64,000 nucleotides of DNA, from NCBI GenBank assembly GCA_038087875.1, contig CM075989.1:22570001-22634000 (forward strand). The letters are read 5' to 3'. Positions 61,320-64,000 of the stretch are shown here, in pieces. The position numbers and the translations under genes are program-made. The DNA comes from Malacoraja senta (lineage: Eukaryota). The notes beneath the pieces are model-generated. The model was not told the origin of the DNA. It did no database searches and saw nothing but the letters and a program-made list of their open reading frames with translations. How positions within the stretch are numbered: position 1 is the stretch's first letter; every line of letters begins with the position of its first letter.

Positions 61320-62326
61320 TTACAGTGACCCACCTGGAGGTGCTGAGCAGCGATCTGCCTCAGTGAATACACTTCATTAAAACTTTCAGCATCTGAGAGA
61401 AACTTTTTTTTTCTTTTTTTTTAATTATTTTTACTAGATGCAATTGTACAATAATAAAACATTCGCATGTAAAATTATACAATTATTGTACAGCTTCAAT
61501 TTTGACCTTTTAACCTGAAAATGAGAGAAAACAAGAGAAAGAACAAGAGGAGAAGGTGAAAAGTGAAAAGATAGGACCCGTAGACTACCAAAGTAGTATG
61601 GCCAAACAGTGAGTAAAGGTATAAGAGAGGAAAAGGAAAAAAGAAAAAAAACAAAAAAAAGTTTCTGAGAGAAACTTTGTGCAGTTTTAAGCGTTACAAC
61701 AAGATGTTTGACTGTCAAATTATGCTTATGGCCTCATAAAATATTCTGCTTCTGTTGTCTATTTGATTATGTTAAATGACCAAGCATTCCACTGATCTCC
61801 CCACGATCACAAGTACTCTGACAGTTTGCAAGGAAACATCCCGCTGGGACTTAGTAGCTACAACGATACAGCTCAGGCATCTTCTAAAGGTGTACACAAG
61901 GATAATTCATATTTGCTTTTGATTTTTGGTGAATGGCTCTTAGCTAACTGCCTCTTTTCTGCTTATTAAATTCATAGACCTGCAGTATTTTGAATTGAAT
62001 ACAATGGCAAAATTAATATGCAATAATCTTCATTGCATTTTAAATTCATATAATCTCAAAATTGTACATTGTAGGACAAGGTTATTCAGCCTGAGTTATT
62101 GAGTCTGAAGAAGGGTCTCAACTCGAAACGTCATCTATTCCTTCTCTCCAGAGATGCTGCCCGTCCTGCTGAGTTACTCCAGCTTTTGGTGTCCATCTGC
62201 GGTTTAAACCAACATCTGCAGTTCCTTCCTACACATTTTGTCTGTTCCACTGCGAAATCTCCTCAAGGTATACATTTAAGATGTTCTCCTCCTCTCCCCA
62301 ACAGTCTGAAGAAGGGTCTCGACCTG

Positions 62327-63882
62327 GGCCTGATGGCCTGCATCCCAAGGTACCTAAGGAGGTGGCTCTAAAAATCGTGGACGCATTGGTGATCATTTTC
62401 CAATTTTCTATAGATTCAGGATCAGTTTCTGTGGATTGGAGGGTAGTTAATGTTATTCCACTTTTTAAGAAAGGCGGGAGAGAGAAAACAGGGAATTATA
62501 GACCAGTTAGCCTGACATCGGTGGTGGGGAAGATGCTGGAGTCAATTATAAAAGATGAAACAGCAGCAAATATGGATAGCAGTAACAGGATCGGTCCGAG
62601 TCAGCATGGATTTATGAAGGGGAAATCATGCTTGACTAATCTTCTGGAATTTTTTAAGAAGCTAACTAGAAAGATGGACAAGGGAGAGCCAGTGGATGTA
62701 GTGTACCTGGACTTTCAGAAAGCATTTGATAAGGTCCCACATTGGAGATTAGTGGGCAAAATTAGAGCACATGGTATTGGGGGTAGAGTGCTGACATGGA
62801 TAGAAAATTGGTTGGCAGACAGGAAACAAAGAGTAGGGATTAACGGGTCCCTTTCAGAATGGCAGGCAGTGACTAGTAGTGTACCGCAAGGCTCGGTGCT
62901 GGGACCGCAGCTATTTACAATATACGTTAATGATTTAGATGAAGGAATTAAAATTAGCAAATTTGCAGATGACACAATGCTGGGTGGAAGTGTGAACTGT
63001 GAGGAGGATGCTATGGGGATGCAGGGTGACTTGGACAGGTTGGGGGAGTGGGCAGATGCATGGCAGATGCAGTTTAATGTGGATAAATGTGAGGTTATCC
63101 ACTTTGGTGGCAAGAACAGGAAGGCAGATTATTGTCTGAATGGTGTCAAGTAAGGAAAAGGGGAAGTACAACGAGATCTGAGGGTCCTTGTTCATCAGTC
63201 ACTGAAAGTAAGCATGCAGGTACAGGAGGCAGTGAAGAAAGCGAATGGCATGTTGGCCTTCATAACAAGAGGAGTTGAGTATAGGAGCAAATAGGTCCTT
63301 CTGCAGTTGTACAGGGTCCTGGTGAGACCACACCTGGAGTATTGTATGCAGTTTTGGTCTCCAAATTTGAGGAAGGACATTCTTGCTATTGAAGGAGTGC
63401 AGCGTAGGTTTACAAGGTTAATTCCCCAGATGGCAGGACGGTCATATGTTGAAAGAATGGAGTGACTGGGCTTGTATACACTGGAATTTAGAAGGATGAG
63501 AGGGAATCTTATTGAAACATAAGATTATTAAGGGCTTGGACACGCTAGAGGCAGGAAACATGTTCCCGATGTTGGGGGAATCCAGAACCAGGTGCCACAG
63601 TTTAAGAATAAGGGGGAGGCCATTTAGAACAGAGATGAGAAAAAATGTTTTCACCCAGAGAATTGTGAATCTGTGGAATTCTCTGCCTCAAAAGGCAGTG
63701 GAGGTCAATTCTCTGGATGCTTTCAAGAGAGAGTTAGATAGAGCTCTTAAAGATAGCGGAGTCAAGGGATATGGTAAGAAGGCAGGAACGGGTTACTGAT
63801 TGTAGATGATCAGCCATGATCACAATGAATGGTGGTGCTGGCTCAAAGGGCCGAATGGCCTCCTCCTTTACCTATTGTCTAT
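62327..63882 (+). mobile_element. 5'-truncated CR1 LINE, ORF2 RT domain with several stops
   Basis: PGPDGLHPKV, GNYRPVSLTSVVGK, QHGFMKGKSCLTNLLEFF, YLDFQKAFDKVPH, KFADDT; in-frame TAA at 63151. Confidence 0.95.
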
Positions 63883-64000
63883 TGACCCGAAACGTCATCT
63901 ATTCCTTTTCTTCAGAGATGCTGCCTGACCCGCTGAGTTACTCCAGCATTTTGTGTCCATCTTCGTTATTCAGCCCGAAAGTCGCAAAGCCTTCTGAAGA

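Noticed and set aside
62281..63153. 290-aa reverse transcriptase ORF as a functional gene
   Set aside because: 5'-truncated CR1 fused to a Penelope unit, with downstream stops and frameshifts

Overview
Repeat-dense vertebrate genomic DNA with no recognisable host protein-coding exon. The repeat set (HE1-like V-SINEs, CR1 LINEs, Penelope/GIY-YIG elements, Rex1/Babar, Deu-domain SINE relics) points by inference to a cartilaginous fish, probably a skate or ray, in an intergenic or large-intron setting. There are two 200-N assembly gaps. All recognisable ORFs are broken retroelement fragments. The main result is RNA structure. Three different short (about 140-200 bp), TSD-flanked, (AAG)n-tailed non-coding retroposons each begin exactly at G1 of an HDV/CPEB3-like double-pseudoknot ribozyme fold (8702-8897 minus, 30723-30865 plus, 39640-40289 minus). 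Two of these are minimal P4-less forms, and two share sequence blocks with the mammalian CPEB3 ribozyme as recalled. Independently, more than 25 Penelope terminal units carry a minimal hammerhead motif (CTGAAGA-AGGGTCTCGACCC-GAAACGTC), often as head-to-head inverted pairs. Also present are PIF/Harbinger-type MITEs with TWA TSDs, hAT elements, a 9-bp-TSD element carrying telomeric repeats, a solo LTR, and several repeat-free TAAT-rich islands that may be conserved enhancers. Boundaries without a TSD are approximate; no ribozyme activity or database match was tested.
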